NCBI GenBank assembly: GCA_964035575.1
Contig: OZ037842.1
Location: forward strand, 1,736,001-1,800,000
From: Rhynchopus sp. YZ270_cl-10
Lineage: Eukaryota
DNA: 64,000 bases
Direction of reading: 5' to 3'
Shown one piece after another: positions 1-12,187 of this stretch. The first letter of the stretch is position 1. Each line of letters begins with the position of its first letter. The position numbers were made by a program, and so were the translations under genes. The notes under the pieces were generated by a model. It was not told the DNA's origin. It did no database searches and saw only the letters and a list, made by a program, of their open reading frames with translations.

Positions 1-3000
1 ACATGGAGTTCAACACCACGCAGGTATGTGCACCGTTCTTTCCCTTCCCCATATCCCCTTGACCCCCTGGATAAAGCCCTGACAACATCCGTGCCATTAT
101 TGAAGTTAACTATTTTTGTGTTCGTGTTTCACCTCAACACTCCACTCCCTCCCTCCCTCTCCCCACGCAGTACACAGACCTGGGTTTGGTAGGTGAAGCA
201 CTCGGAGACAAAGGCGTGTGGCTGGCACTCAAGTTTGAGCTTCCAGAGTACTTCGTCCCTGAGAGCAGTCTCGAGAAGGGTGCGCTGATCTGCATTTGTA
301 TCCTAAACGAGAACGGAGAGCCGCCGCAGGTATGTCGTCAGCAGAGGATGACACCACACCACCTAACAAACACATAATATGATACATCCACATTTTGCTT
401 CACAGATGTGGTGGGCCACTGTTGCCTTCACCGACATTGACATGTCGACCCGTGGGATGGCTGCTGTGGAGATCATCGACGGCGACCCCCGGCTACTTGC
501 ACAGCGTCTGCAGATCAATCGTGCCTATGGGAAGTCTGGGGTATGTGCCCAACGCTACACTGCACAGCAGCATCACTACACTACACAACACCACAGCTCT
601 GCGTCATGTTCGAAACGAAGCTGTTCTTCTACGCATTCAAGCCAGTGTTGGAGGCGTTGGAATACCTCAGAAGGCAGGTACGACTTCCGTTCAACGACAC
701 GCTGCTCAAGGGGTCGGTGAGGAGCGAGGTCAAGGCCCTGCCGCAGTACGTGCCGCCGTGCTACAAGGATGCGTTCTACAACATCGTGAAGCGCATGCTC
801 CACTCCTACACCTTCGAGCCCGGCCAGCACAAGGCGCTGCGCTGGTTGCCGCATAGACCGGTCCTGCTTGTCCAGGGGCCGCCTGGCACAGGAAAGAGTT
901 TCATCGGCTGCAGACTTGTTGAGTGCATAGCGGAGTTCCGCATCAAGCTCCAAAGCGGCGAGCTCAAGAATGAGTACCAACCTCCGATGCAGGGCGAGAA
1001 GGACCGCGAGGATGAGAAGCCTGGCCCCATTTTGGTGTTGACGTACAAGAACCACTCGCTGGATGAGTTCCTGACCGACGTGCTCGACACGGGTGTGTGG
1101 TGTGGGTCGCTGCGTGATGCGACTCGGTGCATCTGCAAGAGCGGCGGGAACCCGTCGAAGTTCTGCTGCAAGATGTGCTGCGAGCGTCAGGGACACAACA
1201 AGCGCCTGGTGCGTGTGGGTGCACGGTCGCAAAGTCCACGGCTCATGAAGTACAACTTGGCGCAGCTCGCGAAGCCGCGCAACGACCACAAACACAAGCT
1301 GCGCTCCCTGCGCATGGAGGCAGAGCGCCTCTCCATGCAGATCCGCCGCCTCGACAGCGGTGTTGTTGACGACAGCACCATCCGCTCCTTCATGTCCGCC
1401 TACCAGATCGAGGCCTTCACCAAGGAGAACACTGTCTCCACGGAGGCTGCCTGGGCAGAGTGGGTCGCATCCTCGGAACCACTCTTCCCCCCCGCTGACG
1501 ATGCACAAGCGCTTATGGAAACAGGACGTGAAATTCTTCAGCTCTCGGTAGACCCTGTCTCGATTGATGCTGCGGTGGTGAAGGAGAAGAACTACGCGAG
1601 CATGAAGGCGAAGTCGTTTGAGGAGAAACAGGAGCAGAAGGTTGGGGATAAAGAGAACGAGGAGAAGGCGGCCGAGAAGCCACGGAGCGTTGCTGAGACG
1701 ACTGCGGCGATGGCGACAGCTTCAGCAGAGGCTGCGGCTGAGACGGACGAGGGGGCGAAGTCGACTGCACTGCAGTACTCTGGGAAGGGCGCAGACACAA
1801 GCATCGAACACGACATTGTGTCCACCCTACGTGTGAAGCGTGCCTTCTACCAATCCTTCACACCTCAGGCACCCACGCCGCCATGCAGGATCGCCATCGA
1901 GGACGACGACCACCTCGTCACAGCTGCCCTCCAACAGACCGAGGCGGCACAGCAGCACCCCGAAGGTATCCCCGCAGAGGTGCGCACCGGACGTCTCCTC
2001 CCACCCATCTACGCCGAGGTGGAAGACCTCTGGTCCCTCGAGCCCCCACAGCGTCGCGAACTCGCAGGCTTCTGGATCGCCCGCCTCCGCCGCGAAATCT
2101 ACAAAAAATTCCGCGACACAAAACTCGAGTTCGAAGGCATGCTTGTCATCGACCAAGCCTCCTACGACGAAGCACGCTTCCGTGTCCTCAGTGGAGCCGA
2201 CATCATTGGCCTCACCACCACAGGAGCTGCCATGAACCAGGGAATTCTCCGTTCCGTCAAACCCAGTGTCCTTATGGTTGAAGAGGCTGCCGAGATTTTG
2301 GAGGGTCAGATTCTTTCGTGTTTTGTGGACTCTATTAAACAGGTTATCCTCATTGGTGACCACAAGCAGTTGCGTCCACAGACGGACGATCGGAACTTTG
2401 CGGAACGGAATAACTTCAATGTTTCTATGTTCCAGCGTCTGATTGAGACATGCAAGGTCCCTTACGTGCATTTGACAGAACAGAGACGTATGTGTGCGAA
2501 GGTGGCAGACATCATTCGACCGATGTACGAAGAGCTGTCTGATTTCAGCAGTCTACAAACACGCAAAATGGATTGGGGTCCCGAGGGCAGTGTCAAGCAG
2601 ATCCCTGGCACGGTCAACCCTGTTATCTTCTGGGACCACGACCACCCTGAAGAGCCTTCTTCCATTGGTCTCTCCGTCATGAACCGCAGAGAGGTTGCGA
2701 TGGTCGAATTCTTGCTGAAGGTGCTTGTCTGTGAGAAGGGCATCCGACAGAAGCAGATCACAGTTCTGTCGCCCTACCTTGGTCAGACAAGGGCACTTCA
2801 GTACTCAGTGAAGCAGCGTCTGGGGATGGAAGAGGTAGAGTGCCTGACAGTGGATAGGTTCCAAGGAGATGAGAATGACATTATTATCATTTCTCTTGTG
2901 CGTACCGAAAACCTGACAACGTTCTTAAAGCTGGAGAACCGTATGTGTGTTGCATGCAGTCGGGCAAGGTTTGGCTTCTTCATGGTTGGCAACTCGAAGC

Positions 3001-3236
3001 TTCTGAACAATGTCCCTCATTGGAAAAGAACGCTTGATATCATTGGTTCACAGCACCCAATGTCCGTCTCCAAAACACTTTGCCTCCAAAAGCCTGGGTC
3101 CAACCCACCCCAGTACGTTACTGCCAACAGCGCGCAGGAGAAATTCCCAGACCCACTGCGGGCAGACTGCTGGTCCTCCGAGAGGGGTGATGGGGTGACC
3201 ATCACAGAAGAGATGGACGTCGACGAAGAAGAATGA
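1..3236 (+). CDS. ZNFX1/Upf1-like superfamily 1 RNA helicase (AAA_11/AAA_12), 5' partial; exons <1-23, 171-329, 406-540, 597-3236
   Basis: Walker A VQGPPGTGKS, motif Ia ILVLTYKNHSLDEFL, VEEAAE (the ZNFX1-type variant of DEAA), LIGDHKQLRP, SMFQRL, LTEQRRM, LSPYLGQ, TVDRFQGDEND, RMCVACSRAR. GTATGT...CAG introns at 24-170, 330-405 and 541-596 join in frame. Confidence 0.88.
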
Positions 3237-3895
3237 AGAACCCACAATTTTTTATATCAAAAAAATGCAAAAAAAAAAAGGGGGCTTTTTTAATCCAAGG
3301 CTGAAGCTTTGCTAGGATGTGGGTAAAAAGGTAGGGGTGGGGGTCCATAAAATTATTCATTTTAAACATTATGGACAGCGGGGTGCGGGGTGTGTGCAGT
3401 GAATGTGTTTCGCATGAAGACAATGACAATGATAATAAAAAAACTCTACATTTGACCAATAGCGCAAACGTGAACGCAACGAGCAAAGCATTTTGTCGCT
3501 TCTCTCCGAACATTTTTTTTTGGGGGGGTTTTTTTTTTGAAAGATGTGTACAGTACACATTGATCTTTCAAATCTACTCTTTACCCCTCGAAAATGTGAA
3601 ATGGGACTGCGACAAGAAAACTCAACTAGCCTTTTCCCTTTGAGTTTGCTGCGTTCTGTACTACGCAGCGGTTGGTCTGGTTTGGGAGTATTGTCAAAAA
3701 GGATTTTGTTAAAAGACTACTTAACACACAGAGACTCAGAGGCTTTATCGTTTATCTTTACCAGCTTTTTCTCCTTTTATTTAAAAAATCGACGTTGTGT
3801 ACAGAATCGTCCTCGGATAGGTGATTGTCGAAAAAAAAAGAAGGATGATATTTCGTGCAACTAAATATCAGCCTTTTTGTTTTCGGCTAGCCAAC

Positions 3896-3963
3896 TCTGC
3901 AACCGATTCAGAAATCATGAGAGATGATTTCTGCAACCGACTCACAAATCATGTGATATGATT
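3896..3963. repeat. 34-bp imperfect tandem duplication (2 copies), each containing AAATCAT...ATGATT dyad
   Basis: tctgcaaccgattcagaaatcatgagagatgatt / tctgcaaccgactcacaaatcatgtgatatgatt. Confidence 0.75.
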
Positions 3964-4521
3964 TCAATGTTATGCAAAACGTGAACATGTCATTTAAAAA
4001 TTTCTATGAGCCTCTCTCTCTCTTAAGCGCGAAGGAGTTGTTATGTGCGGCCGTAGTTACCATCCTGCAAGGATGTTTCGCTGCACTCTGTTCACGCTAT
4101 GATGAGAAGGAAAAAAAGAAGGGAAAAAAAAAGATACTCTTAAAATTCTTTCTCTATCAAATATGGTCACAGCTTCTCTTCTTGGAGAAGACATACTACA
4201 GAATTTTTTTTCCTCATTTTCTTTTTTTTTGGTTTGTAGTCCGCTTTTTCAAAATCGTTATGGACGACAAAACCCCCGAAATAGGCTTGTTACCGTTGGG
4301 GGCTTATCAAAAAAAAGTGAGGGTTTTTCTTTTTCATCAATTTTCTGTCAAAAGACAGATCCTCATACTACCACACAACACCGCACGTTCAGTACACACT
4401 GCAACCCACCCTCTGACTCTTTCTCTTCTTCGCTCTTCGTCTTTCTTTTAGTTCGAGTTGTTTGAGTTTATTGTTTGCAGTTTATTGCGCACCTCTTCGT
4501 CGCGTATCTCACAACACAACA

Positions 4522-7344
4522 ATGAGCGACGACGAAGATGAATACTTCTCCGACGACGGTGACGGTGACGAGTACTATGAGGACGAGGTATGATTCACAC
4601 CTTTTTCGTACACTATTTTTTAGTCGTTTTTTTTTCAAAACTCCAGGGTTCAAAAAATATAACCTGATAACATCTGCGGTTTGAGGTAACGATGTCTTGC
4701 CTTTGTTTTGAACTGTGTGTTTTCCCTTGAATCTCCTCTCTCCACAGGACGTTGGTGAAGAGGAATGCGGTGCGGAGGAGTTCAACGAGACTAACCTGCT
4801 GCAGCTGGAGGTGCAGTTTCTGAAGGCGCAGCGCTACCGGGCGGGGTACCTTGTGTCGGAGCTGTACGGGGTGACGACGATGGTGGGCTTCCGGGTGGAC
4901 GACCTGTGCACGGACGTGATGCTGCGTGCGGCAGGCCTGCACCGCGATCTCCACGTTGTCATTGCCGTCACGTTCCCCTCGTCCCCACCACAGTACCTTG
5001 CCAAATGCCCCGGCCCCGGCAAGGTGACGGTCCGCCAAACCAGCGACACCTGCCTCGACAACAAGCAGACACTGACAGACTCAGTCGAGTTCGGTCTCTG
5101 GTGGACGCTGGAGCAGCTTCTCCAGGACGACCTGCAGAAGAACTGGGAGGCGCTGAAGGAGAAGTGCCTTGCAGAGATGTACCGTGCCAGAGAGCGCGAC
5201 GCAAAGGTGCCGTGGAGTCAGGTATGCCTTCATTCTTTCTCTCGATTCTCCTGAATTGAAAGCATAGTAATTTAATGTCTTCTGCCCAAAGCTCAGAATG
5301 CCTCAGGGACCTCTCTGGTACCACCCCTTCGCATTACTGGGTAAGCCTCACTTCTTCACTATTGCAGAGTAGTCTGCATGCTTCTTGAGGTGTTGCAGAT
5401 AACTAACCAAATACCGGTCTGCAGCAACAACTGTCATTTGAACACAAAACAATATACCAACACAACCCAACAGGTGATGAACGCCATCAACCTTGCAACC
5501 GAGACCGGCATTGAGATGGACCTCCGCCTTGCAACCCTTCTTGTCCAGCGGAGCGGTGGAAGGTATGCACTGTGCGTCTTCACGTATCCTGCCCCTGCGG
5601 GCGACGTCTAGAACCACCTCAGTGGATGATTGTCAATATGCTACACCACCCCACCGTATGACCCTTCATTCATGTTCACTTCAGATTCGACTCTGTCCAG
5701 GAGATCCTCTTTGATGAGGAACGTCTCAGCCAGATGCGCAGACAGTCGCTAGCAGAGAGAATGTACTTCGACGACCCAAACTGGAAGAAGTATGCCATAT
5801 GCCCCTGCATTGCACTCTCCCCAGGGCAATTCTGGATAATTCTCCAGAATCACCCAGAGTTTCTTTTTTTCTATTCATCCACACTAAGGCTTCGCCAAGC
5901 ACGGCAGCTACTCCACAGTACCATATTTTTGAGACCGTCACTCCTCTCTCTTAGCCTGGGTACCCGTTTATTACATCAAACCCGGCACAAAACTCAGCTT
6001 TTTTCACCATATTTTTGCTCTATTTATTAGTGCACTGCATGACAACAAACAAACAAACAAACAAACAGCTTCTCCCTGCTCCACCACGTTGTCGACTTCT
6101 TGAAGGAGCGAATCCGACGGTGCACAGACCGGTGCATTGTGTGCGACAAGCCCCATCCCCTGCCCCTGCTGAAGCCGGTTGCGTGCGACAGTGAGCTGTG
6201 CAACTACCAGATGGCGGATCTCGGGCTGGGCGTGAACCTGGAGAGCGAGGTGCAGAGGAACCCCATGGTGATCGACCTGCTCATCAGCTCGGCGTACTCA
6301 GCGGCGTTTGGGAAGAACAAATACACGACGTTCCCCTTTGAAGGCGGTGCAGAGACTGTCGTCAACGTGCTGACGAAGTGCCCCTCCCTCATGGACATGA
6401 CCTCCGTCATCGGGCGTGGCAACAGCCTGCGCAGCTTCCTCGAGAACATCGACCCCCTTCTCTACAAAGTCGTGCGCTGGGTCATCGCCTCCAACGCGTC
6501 AGACATCCAACCCATCTCCAGGGAGGGCAGGGTGCGCGACATGCCGGAGCACCAATTTCTTCTCAACTCCTCCACCCCAGCGTCCGAGGCCAGGTTCCAA
6601 GAGCTGAAGGCCAAAAACGGTATGACCTTTTTACAAAAAAAGCCGCTTTTTGAGAATTTTCGACTTCTCTCTTCAACACCCCCTCCCTTCTTTTGCCACA
6701 CCCATTATATCACAGGCGGTTCATTCTTCGCCTTCCACGGGTCTGCCCTGAGCAGCTGGCATAACATTCTGCGCGGTGGCCTGAAGAAGCTGGACCTGCG
6801 CACTGCGTACGGACCTGGCATATATATGGCCACAAACGCGTCTACGAGTCTTGGGTACATGACGCCTGCGAAGAGCTTTCCTAACAGCAAGCTGGGTTCA
6901 CAACTCCGTATTATGGCGCTGTGCGAGGTATGTCTTTTGCTTCAAAATCATGCGCTGCATGGAGAAAAAGCACATGGCATATTTGGAGAAACGCGAGGCT
7001 TTTCCATCTTAACCAATATTTCTATGTGCCTGCCTGCCTGCCTGCCTGCCATTCACCAAGGTGTCTGTGTGTTGCCAACCTCACTTTCTATTATTGTCTA
7101 CACCCAGGTCATCTCTGAAGGCAGCGAAAAGAACTGCAACGGGCGTGTCCACCGTCCCAAATGCGAGCACAACAAACAGTGCCCCCACATCCGCGTCGAA
7201 GCCGAAGAAAGTGTTGTCACCCGGGTGCTCTTCCTCTTCACAGACAACCAGTCGACCTACAATATTGAAGCAAAGAACATCACCATCCCCTCCGTCGACC
7301 GCATTGGCAAGCCATTGGGGCAACAGTCTCGCCCTAAGCACTGA
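4522..7344 (+). CDS. PARP6/PARP8-like mono-ADP-ribosyltransferase; exons 4522-4587, 4748-5221, 5474-5562, 5685-5789, 6069-6619, 6716-6927, 7108-7344
   Basis: Catalytic signatures FAFHGSxxxSWHNILRGGL and AYGPGIYMA, plus IMALCEVI. Upstream Cys motif CIVCDKPH...LKPVACDSELC is typical of PARP6/8. Exons splice in frame using GTATG...CAG introns. Confidence 0.85.
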
Positions 7345-8291
7345 AAGCGGTTTTCCCCTCTCCCCCCCTTTTTTTTTTGCATTTTTCGCGTTGTCTAAAT
7401 AGAGTGTCTTTTTGTGCGCTCAGGGGAGAGATGTTAGGTAACTAAGTGAAAGGGATATTTCAATACATCGCTCAGTAAGAGGCCTGCTCAGGGTCCTTAG
7501 ACCATGCAGTGAGCCGTGGGGGAAGGGGGAAAACATAAATAAGGGGAGCGGATTGAAATGAGGGGGGAAAATGGTTTGGTTTTTGTGAAGGGAGTTTAGT
7601 TTGTTACATATATTTTGCCATCAGGGAACGAAGTCCGCTGGTTGGTGTCCTTCTAGCTTTAAAGAAACGTGCGTAACATGAGAGAGGTGTTGCTTGCCCA
7701 GAGACAGGGCCTCTTTGATTTCATTATTTTGGGTACATTTAGTGCACCCTATTATACCTTCTATTCAGTAGAATAGTTAGTATATGAAACAATTTTGTTT
7801 TAGAATTCTTGCGCCAGCAAGAAGACACCAAAGGATGATTTTTACCCTTTTCATTTCAGTGCGGCACATGTCGACCCCCATGTTTTGCAGTGATTCGTAT
7901 CTTTGATGGTATGTGTGTCCGAAGGAGGGTGCACCTTTTGCTAATTTCCCCCCCGGTATTTTTCCACACCGGATGGATGGTGACAATTTTTCTTCAAATG
8001 TTAACAAGAAGGCTATTGTTCACTCTTTGGTTGATGTCTTCCGACACTTTTTTTTTATACAAGGCGACTAGGCACATGCATCTTACAAACCTTGTGCTTT
8101 GGGAGGTTGGGGGTCAACGCGCCAACTCCTACAATCTTCCTTCGCCCTCGGTAGGGTCATCTAGGTTATATAGTATTGAAATCGATGTAGGAGTAAGGGC
8201 CAATATTACTACCCCGGATTTTCGGGGACATTTTCCCCCGAAAATGGGCCCCACGTATTAGTGACCCGGGCTCATATTTTTCAAAATTTAA

Positions 8292-8423
8292 TGGTGTTAC
8301 CGAACACCTGTCAAGGACCTGTCAATATAGGGGGGGTGTGTCATTTTAACACACCCCCCACTGTCGGGGACATGTCAAGGACATGTCAAGGACCTGTCAA
8401 TATGGGCCCTTTCGGGAACACCA
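8292..8423. mobile_element. Short TG...CA non-autonomous element, copy 1 (132 bp), 5-bp TSD TTTAA
   Basis: Termini TGGTGTTACCGA...TCGGGAACACCA (11/12 inverted match). Flanks TTTAA at 8287-8291 and 8424-8428. Internal TGTCAAGGAC(A/C) repeats. Homologous to 36218-36350 and 57091-57234. Confidence 0.9.
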
Positions 8424-9245
8424 TTTAAGTGGTCAAAAACGATCGTCCAATTTTCGACATCGACCCCACGCCTTTATCTGTGTTTCAGGTTTTCAAAATA
8501 AATATATTGAGCCTCGTTGGTATTGTAGTCATACGCAACATCTTACCCTGGTACGTTTGACTAGAATGCATTCATCTTTCATGGGGGCGCTGTGTGCGAG
8601 GTCATATTCCGTTTCCTCTCTTTTGCCTTTTGATCTGGTTCAACTCACGTTGTGCGAGCCGCAAACTAATGTGCAGGTTTGCTGCAAATGATTATTTTTA
8701 TACATGGCAAGGTGATTAGGTGATTTGACATTAGTAATCTCTGCTGTTCTGAATGTGCGTTCTTCGCGTTGGTATCTAATATCTCAATATCTATCTAATA
8801 TCTCAATATTTTGTTAAGACGTTGTGCCCACAAAGCGCATTCATCTTTCATGTTTTTTTTTTGCTATCCGCTCTACTGGCGGTTAAACAAGGCTGGCCAT
8901 GGGGCACAGATTAAGTGAGACGTGATGTCCAAGAGTCTAAGGTTGTTTGTTAGCCTTTTGCAAGCAGCCCTTAAAATAAATGAAAGTGGAGGTAAGGGAT
9001 GGGGCGAAAGAAACGGAAAACCTGTTTTCACGACTAACGCAATTAAAAAAAAAAACAAAACTAAATGCGCAGTGCTTTTTTTCTCACTTTTGTTTCTCGA
9101 CCAGTATGCCCATACAGACTATGTTGACAACGTTGTCAGCTCATATGTGCAGTGAGCATTCGCGCCGAAATGCGGGACATCTTACAATGTTTTGATGTTT
9201 TCCCCGTTCACAACAATCATCATTCCAGCTTATACACAAAACACG

Positions 9246-10121
9246 ATGCTTGTGGTTCCGATTGTGCTGTCGGTTGTGCTGTCCAACGGGTGCGGATGGG
9301 AGAACGGACCGATCTGTACTGAGGGCCAGTCATGCTGTGCTAATGACATCTACAGTCTTGGGAACTGCTACAACAAGTCCGTTGCCACGTGCACAGGCTG
9401 TGGTCAGGACACTTCCTTCCCCTGTCCTCTCAGCACCCCACACTGCTGCCTTGAAAATAACCGTGTAACAATTGAGAACAAAGACATCACATGCTATGGG
9501 GAGGGACAGCAGTGCTGTGCAGACAGCGGTAAGGTGGCGAAGACGACTGAGTACTGCATTGGGAAGTGTGGTATCGCGACCGACCCCTTCACGCAGTGCT
9601 GCTACACGAACTCAACTTACAACCACACATACGACAGCAGGACAGACAAATGCACGACCTGTGGTGTGATTTCCCTGTCCGAACCCAATGTGCAGTGCTG
9701 TGGACTCGCACAGTACAACAACAAGACAGAGACCTGCTGCAGCCCAGGGCAGCACAAGTGGTGTGCGAACGACCACACCTGCTCGGAGTGTGGGTGCCTG
9801 GACAAAGCTGACCCTGACACTGTGTGCTGTGGCTCACAGCACAAGTACAACCCGACAATTGGCGACGCATGTTGTCAGGGTGTGGGGTTCGGTAACCAGC
9901 CTGAGACGCTGAAGTGCGACTCGACACAGGATTGTGTTCACTACAAAGTTGAGGGCCTCTTCAACTTTCCGTACTGCTGCCAGAAGGGATGGGTGGCATG
10001 TGCTACTGATTTTGACGGTGGTGTGACGTGCATGGACCCGGAAACAAGCATCTGCTGCAGTGGAGCAGTTTGCAGCAAGACATTGGGCACCTCGTGCTGT
10101 GGCGGGGCGTGCTGCAAGTGA
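9246..10121 (+). CDS. Secreted dicysteine-rich (galaxin-like) protein, copy 1
   Basis: Hydrophobic N-terminus MLVVPIVLSVVLS. Very Cys-rich with repeated CC pairs (YNNKTETCC, YNPTIGDACC). Intronless; near-identical paralogues follow. Confidence 0.85.
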   Translation: MLVVPIVLSVVLSNGCGWENGPICTEGQSCCANDIYSLGNCYNKSVATCTGCGQDTSFPCPLSTPHCCLENNRVTIENKDITCYGEGQQCCADSGKVAKTTEYCIGKCGIATDPFTQCCYTNSTYNHTYDSRTDKCTTCGVISLSEPNVQCCGLAQYNNKTETCCSPGQHKWCANDHTCSECGCLDKADPDTVCCGSQHKYNPTIGDACCQGVGFGNQPETLKCDSTQDCVHYKVEGLFNFPYCCQKGWVACATDFDGGVTCMDPETSICCSGAVCSKTLGTSCCGGACCK

Positions 10122-10742
10122 AACAGCAATGAGTGGCCGTGTTCATTTTATTATTTCTGCCTGTGTTTTTTGTCCTTCTTGGGAGTTACGTAAAACATTT
10201 GATAGTGCATACACGTGAAGCATTTTCATCTGCCAACTTTTCTTTTACTGTTTGAAGTCTTTGTATTTTTTCACAAAACAGTGTTTTTGTTGAACTTTTG
10301 TTTCCTGTCTAAGAGCAGAGGCGGGAACCATGTTTCCCTCCGCTCCTGCTTTGCATGAGGTGTTCAGTGTGGCCGATTTTGTTAATTTGTTGTTGTGCTG
10401 TTAATGGTGCGTCCTGTCGCACCTTGTAATGTTGCACCCGTTTTGCTATCTCTTCTGGAGACAAATGAACCCCAGCTCCTTTAATCAATAATATGGTTCA
10501 GTGCCAGTTCCCCCACCCCTCCACCACCCCAAGAATTTTTTTCTTTCGGACTTACGGGCAAGTCATTAGATTTCCTTTTTACATCTACTGTTGTAGGCCA
10601 CAGGGTACTTGTGCTTTCATCCGGATGTCTGGCATCGTACGTGGGTCAGTCAGATGCCTGCAACAACTACAGTTTCTTTTACTTATTCTAAAAACCCCTC
10701 CACCACCCCTGTTGAGGTTTCTTCATAAACACACAAAACACG

Positions 10743-11618
10743 ATGCTTGTGGTTCCAATTGTGCTGTCGGTTGTGCTGTCCAACGGGTGCGGATGGGAGA
10801 ACGGACCGATCTGTACTGAGGGCCAGTCATGCTGTGCTAATGACATCTACAGTCTTGGGAACTGCTACAACAAGTCCGTTGCCACGTGCACAGGCTGTGG
10901 TCAGGACACTTCCTTCCCCTGTCCTCTCAGCACCCCACACTGCTGCCTCAAAAAGAATGATGGGGCAATTGAGAACAAAGACATCACATGCTATGGGGAG
11001 GGACAGCAGTGCTGTGCAGACAGCGGTAAGGTGGCGAAGACGACTGAGTACTGCATTGGGAAGTGTGGTATCGCGACCGACCCCTTCACGCAGTGCTGCT
11101 ACACGAACTCAACTTACAACCACACATACGACAGCAGGACAGACAAATGCACGACCTGTGGTGTGATTTCCCTGTCCGAACCCAATGTGCAGTGCTGTGG
11201 ACTCGCACAGTACAACAACAAGACAGAGACCTGCTGCAGCCCAGGGCAGCACAAGTGGTGTGCGAACGACCACACCTGCTCGGAGTGTGGGTGCTTGGAC
11301 AAAGCTGACCCTGACACTGTGTGCTGTGGCTCACAGCACAAGTACAACCCAACGATTGGCGACATCTGTTGTCAGGGTGTGGGGTTCGGTGACCAGCCTG
11401 AGACGGTAAAGTGCGACTCGACACAGGATTGTGTTCACTACAAGTTTGAGGGTAACCTCTTCAACTTTCCGTACTGCTGCAAGAAGGGATGGGTGGCATG
11501 TGCTACTGATTTTGACGGCGTGACGTGCATGGACCCGGAAACAAGCATCTGCTGCAGTGGAGCAGTTTGCAGCAAGACATTGGGCACCTCGTGCTGTGGC
11601 GGGGCGTGCTGCAAGTGA
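10743..11618 (+). CDS. Secreted dicysteine-rich protein, copy 2
   Basis: Intact 291-aa ORF, near-identical to copy 1. Confidence 0.85.
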   Translation: MLVVPIVLSVVLSNGCGWENGPICTEGQSCCANDIYSLGNCYNKSVATCTGCGQDTSFPCPLSTPHCCLKKNDGAIENKDITCYGEGQQCCADSGKVAKTTEYCIGKCGIATDPFTQCCYTNSTYNHTYDSRTDKCTTCGVISLSEPNVQCCGLAQYNNKTETCCSPGQHKWCANDHTCSECGCLDKADPDTVCCGSQHKYNPTIGDICCQGVGFGDQPETVKCDSTQDCVHYKFEGNLFNFPYCCKKGWVACATDFDGVTCMDPETSICCSGAVCSKTLGTSCCGGACCK

Positions 11619-12187
11619 AACAGCAATGAGTGGCCGTGTTCATTTTATTATTTCTGCCTGTGTTTTTTGTCCTTCTTGAGAGTTACGTAAAACATTTGAT
11701 AGTGCATACACGTGAAGCATTTTCATCTGTCAACTTTTCTTTTACTGTTTGAAGTCTTTGTTTTTTTCACAAAACAGTGTTTTTGTTGAACTTTTGTTTC
11801 CTGTCTAAGAGCAGAGGCGGGAACCATGTTTCCCTCCGCTCCTGCTTTGTATGAGGTGTTCAGTGTGGCCGATTTTGTTAATTTGTTGTTGTGCTGTTAA
11901 TGGTGCGTCCTGTCGCACCTTGTAATGTTGCACCCGTTTTGCTGTCTTTTGAAATGGTTTTTGTTTGTGCTTTCATCCGGAACTGGCATTGGCGTATGTG
12001 GGTCAGTTGAGGAGGTGCATAAACAACTTCACTTTGTTCCCCAATTCAAAACATCACCAACTTGACTCTATTATTTTAGTGAAATGAACCCCGCTCCTTT
12101 CTTCCGAATCAATAATATGGTTCAACGCCAGTTCCCCCACCCCTCCACCACCCCTATTGAGGTTTCTTCATAAACACACAAAACACG

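Noticed and set aside
5297..5340. Possible mini-exon (AG...GTAAGC) inside PARP intron 2
   Set aside because: 44 nt would shift the frame; direct 5221-5474 splicing is in frame.
6620..7107. Apparent insertions in the PARP catalytic domain in the ORF track (also 30538-30588, 50180-50239, 54679-54729, 59213-59278)
   Set aside because: These are stop-free introns of 3n length with GT...CAG ends. Their number is not clearly above chance, so they are an annotation pitfall rather than inteins or recoding.
8292..8423. CRISPR-like or iteron-like reading of the TGTCAAGGAC repeats
   Set aside because: No unique spacers, no cas or rep genes, eukaryotic context. TIRs plus TSDs explain it as a mobile element.
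8773..8808. 19-bp tandem duplication tatctaatatctcaatatc
   Set aside because: Simple slippage duplication with no further structure.
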